A stretch of 11,901 nt of DNA from Selaginella moellendorffii (Eukaryota; Plantae; Lycopodiophyta): contig NW_003314420.1 in the NCBI RefSeq assembly GCF_000143415.4, positions 1-11,901 of the forward strand, read 5' to 3'. This document shows, one piece after another, positions 9,198 through 11,901 of the stretch. The number at the start of each line of letters is the position of its first letter. Position 1 is the first letter of the stretch. A program made the position numbers and the translations under genes. Below the pieces are notes generated by a model that ran no database searches, was not told the origin of the DNA, and worked only from the letters and a program-made list of their open reading frames with translations.

Positions 9198-9482
9198 ACC
9201 AGAGGAGAAGAGACATCTTGTGACAGGCCAACTCTAGGCTCCATGGTTCATGTGGAGTACACAGCCTGATTATGTAGAGGAGCTGTTGATATAAATGTAG
9301 AGAAGCAAGGTGACTTTGAGCTTGAACTGAGCAGTGGGCTTGTACTTGGCCTTCTCGACACATATGTTACTGTTATGTGTGTTGGTCAGAGTGCTCACTT
9401 AGAGCAAAGAGGGAAAGACATTTGCTATTTTTTGTAGCCAGTCAAGGGTAGGAGACACCTTATATATAATGTAGTATTACAA
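9198..9482 (+). pseudogene. FKBP-fold fragment, most like the PPIase-like domain of the small-RNA methyltransferase HEN1
   Basis: One frame reads TRGEETSCDRPTLGSMVHVEYTA*LCRGAVDINVEKQGDFELELSSGLVLGLLDTYVTVMCVGQSAHLEQRGKDICYFL*PVKGRRHLIYNVVLQ. This follows the recalled pattern P..GS.V.I.Y...E....FEFE.G.G.V...L...V..M.VGQSA...L.Y.V.L. Stops at 9267-9269 and 9435-9437. No methyltransferase domain follows. Confidence 0.6.
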
Positions 9483-9539
9483 CACAAATACAATTGAATC
9501 TGGCACCACTTCACTTAATTTGTCCTCAGACATGTGATG

Positions 9540-9932
9540 CTAATAGTAATTGGATTTGTACAGCACCATGTCCTTGTAGAGAAACGCATGGTCATCATTA
9601 CCACTTCTAGAGCTGCTGCTCTGGATCACTGCCACCACGTTGAAGCTCACCTTGCCATTCAGAGATGGCTCCAAAGTGATAGAGCAAACCAGGACCTCAT
9701 CAATCGGGTGATGACGGACCCTGTAAGATCTTCATCCCTGTCCCTCGTGAGATCTTCGTCCCTGTCCCTTGCACTGCCCTTCTCACCTGGCTGCTACGTA
9801 CATGTGACTGATCCCAAACTGGTGGAGGATTCTCATGGCCTTGAGATCTTCTCACTGGTGATGCTGCTGCTGCTACTGCTGTGATTCAGACTCCAAATCT
9901 CCTCTCTCTCTCTCTCCAGCCACTGCTGTCAT
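9540..9932 (-). pseudogene. Decayed ORF of unknown family (131 codons, 4 internal stops)
   Basis: MTAVAGERERGDLESESQQ*QQQHHQ*EDLKAMRILHQFGISHMYVAAR*EGQCKGQGRRSHEGQG*RSYRVRHHPIDEVLVCSITLEPSLNGKVSFNVVAVIQSSSSRSGNDDHAFLYKDMVLYKSNYY*. One stop is TAG within a CAG tract; another is TGA where the sister repeat copy has CGA. Candidate intron 9974-10018 upstream. Confidence 0.45.
9726..9769. repeat. 24-bp-period tandem duplication
   Basis: AGATCTTCATCCCTGTCCCT (9726) and AGATCTTCGTCCCTGTCCCT (9750); frame-preserving. Confidence 0.9.
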
Positions 9933-10857
9933 TGATCAGATAGCGATATGTAGTGGAGCTTAAATTTTGTATCCTGGATCCACACGAGAATGACGTGATA
10001 GCAAAGAGCAAGACTTACCTGTAGCATTAAGTCGACTCTACCATTGGGACTTCTAGATAGCCTTTCTGTCACCATACTGCCGTAAAAAGCTGTGACAAAA
10101 CCATACCCCAACCGAAGAACTTCCTCTAGCTTTGATAGCAAAACTTACAAAGCACTATGTTTACCTGTATCCCAAGATATTCACTGACTTTCTCCAAAAG
10201 GAATAGATATCAGAGGTTCCACTCTGTGACGAAAGGATAAATGTAAACACTGCTAACACAGCAGTATATTGATACCTGTAAGTGACAGGATCATATGGGT
10301 GAAATATGTTTGTTCATCATTTGCCTGCATGCCGGTTTTTTTTCTTCAATGCCTTCATCTTCCCAATACTCATGACCTGTTCTTTTGCAAACACATTCAA
10401 CTTACGTTGCAAAGACTGTAAATCACATACATACCCATTTCCAAAGCATTCATTGTGGAGACTCAGAAACAGTGACAACTGCAAAAAATGCGAGAAAGAA
10501 ACTTATCAACAGTGAAGAATCAAGGAGCTCGCTCTCCTTGTTTCGTTCCTAATGCTGCAAAGTGACACGAGAGAGAGTTAGACATGAAACCCTCAGATAT
10601 GAACAGCCATAACTGTTATAAGAGAGTATTCCATCATGTCCTTCAAGCCAGTTTTTTTGTGCTTGACTGCCAACATTTCCTCAAGAGAACTTGTCATAAA
10701 CTGAAGAGCACCATGTATGGCTGTCCCGTATGACTATCCATGTAGAGACTACAGGGTTTATAGCGCTGCAAAATAGAAATCCCTCTCAATGCTTTAAAAA
10801 CGCAAAACTGAAGAACAAGGAAGCAAACCGTGGACGAAAATTTCTATTTTTTCTCTT

Positions 10858-11049
10858 GGTTCCAGCCTCAAGGACCTGGAACAAACAGGAACTTTAAGCC
10901 TCGAAAGAGAATAGCGAAGAGCAAGAGAGTGAAAAACCTTGATTCTAGTCGTGGTTCCAGCCTTGAGAACCTGGAACAAACAGGGACTTGAGAGACCCGA
11001 AAGAAGAATAGCGACAAGCAAGAGAGTGAAGAACCTTGATTCTAGTCGT
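10858..11049. repeat. Tandem duplication of a 95/97-bp unit (intron plus microexon on the minus strand)
   Basis: 10858-10952 and 10953-11049 both run GGTTCCAGCCT...ACCTGGAACAAACAGG...AACCTTGATTCTAGTCGT. On the minus strand each contains AAG|GT...pyrimidine-rich...TTCCAG|G. Confidence 0.92.
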
Positions 11050-11069
11050 CGATGACAACGTGAATCCCC

Positions 11070-11828
11070 TCATTGTCGAGACGTCGTCCCTGTCGTAGCT
11101 CCATCCATCATAGCCTCTTCGCCTTTCACTCCCAATCCTCGTCGCATTTCCGAGCAGAGCATGTCGATCTGCCAAATGCACCTGCGCAGGCGGATGCTGG
11201 CGGATTTGTTCCCCGCATAAGTCTGGAAGGCGTCGATCCTGTTCTCACTGATCATCGAGCACAACTATGGCGACACAGAGAAAGCCGTGAGCCTCTCAAA
11301 CCTTTGCAAATGGAGAAACAAACACAACCTCGTTGTAATAGGCTGGAGCTTTCAGCCGCTTAGGATCGTTATCCAGTGCTGTTCCCAGGACTTCTTCCGG
11401 AGCTGTCCAAAAACGAACGCATTAGAGTTTTTTCTAGTGTCTAAATCGAAGGAACTCACTCAAAGGTGTTGGATAAGGAACAAATGCCGGTTGCGGCTTT
11501 TGGTAGGAGGTTTTTGGTCCCTCGCCAGGCTAGATGCCACCGTTGCTGCGATTGGCCGTAATATCTTGGTCATCCTGGAACATCTCAAGTTAGAATCGAA
11601 GGGACGACAATAGGGGGGTCGAGACTCTTTTACCAGATGATATTCTGCGTTAGTACTTTTTCCATAAGTGCGACTTGTTTCTTCACGAACTGGATAATTC
11701 TCCTGTTGAAGAACGCTTCGGCGTTGGTTAAATGATTGTCATTTTCCGGTGCATGAGCTTTTGAACTCGAGAATGAACCAACCAGTGGCATCATGTACAG
11801 CTGACTGTAGCCTTCTAAATCGTTCCAT
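11070..11828 (-). pseudogene. Four-exon gene model (192 codons, two in-frame stops) with a C-terminal Hc1/histone-H1-like nucleoid-protein motif
   Basis: Exons 11828-11634, 11574-11460, 11402-11329 and 11264-11070. GT-AG introns of 59, 57 and 64 nt all splice in frame from ATG to TGA. Product: MERFRRLQSAVHDATGWFILEFKSSCTGK*QSFNQRRSVLQQENYPVREETSRTYGKSTNAEYHL|DDQDITANRSNGGI*PGEGPKTSYQKPQPAFVPYPTPL|TPEEVLGTALDNDPKRLKAPAYYNE|LCSMISENRIDAFQTYAGNKSASIRLRRCIWQIDMLCSEMRRGLGVKGEEAMMDGATTGTTSRQ. Stops at 11739-11741 and 11530-11532. The exon structure is well supported; the family call is less certain. Confidence 0.7.
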
Positions 11829-11831
11829 CAA

Positions 11832-11845
11832 ACACACACACACAC
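11832..11845. repeat. (AC)7 microsatellite
   Basis: ACACACACACACAC, directly upstream of the minus-strand ATG at 11828. Confidence 0.9.
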
Positions 11846-11864
11846 TCACAGAGGCAGATACCCT

Positions 11865-11866
<2 letters not shown>

Positions 11867-11901
<35 letters not shown>
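11867..11901. repeat. (GA)n microsatellite running to the window end
   Basis: At least 17 GA units. Reads (CT)n on the minus strand, in the likely 5' UTR or promoter of the 11070-11828 model; this is a common position for GA/CT tracts in plant genes. Confidence 0.97.

Noticed and set aside
7507-9363. ORFs spanning the N runs, including the 206-aa ORF 8649-9269
   Set aside because: Their length is an artefact of translating gaps; the two sides of each gap need not be related.
10858-11049. CRISPR-like or Helitron-end reading of the hairpin-containing repeats
   Set aside because: Only two contiguous units with no unique spacers, in a eukaryotic context. The hairpin is ~60 nt from the CTAG, too far for a Helitron end.
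11073-11613. Plus-strand ORFs 11073-11363 and 11287-11613
   Set aside because: Splice signals and frame continuity support the minus-strand model; these ORFs are antisense to it.
11530-11741. U-to-C RNA editing repairing the in-frame stops
   Set aside because: Such editing is known for organellar transcripts of some ferns, hornworts and lycophytes, not for nuclear spliceosomal genes. Methylation-driven mutation explains the stops.

Overview
Eukaryotic land-plant DNA. The GT-AG introns are mostly 43-64 nt, which suggests a compact genome such as a lycophyte (inference). The window is mostly decayed transposon and gene-fragment sequence, has two N gaps, and contains no intact protein-coding gene I can support. 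Left to right: (1) a two-LTR Cassandra TRIM retrotransposon (219-797) with 5S rRNA-derived Pol III boxes in each LTR; (2) a decayed, intron-containing Mutator-like DDE transposase with a WRKY/GCM-like zinc motif and a C-terminal SWIM finger (minus, ~1100-3720); (3) fused directly to it, an internal intron-retaining fragment of a BIG-type Sec7 ARF-GEF pseudogene lacking its catalytic glutamate (minus, ~3725-6040); (4) a Helitron-type 3' terminus (6498-6524) next to AT-rich DNA; (5) an FKBP-fold fragment resembling the HEN1 PPIase-like domain (9198-9482); (6) other decayed ORFs and a duplicated intron+microexon unit (10858-11049); (7) a four-exon minus-strand gene model (11070-11828, two in-frame stops) whose C-terminal domain resembles the bacterial/viral Hc1 histone-H1-like nucleoid proteins. 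Item 7 is the best candidate for novelty. All family assignments come from recalled motifs, not database searches.
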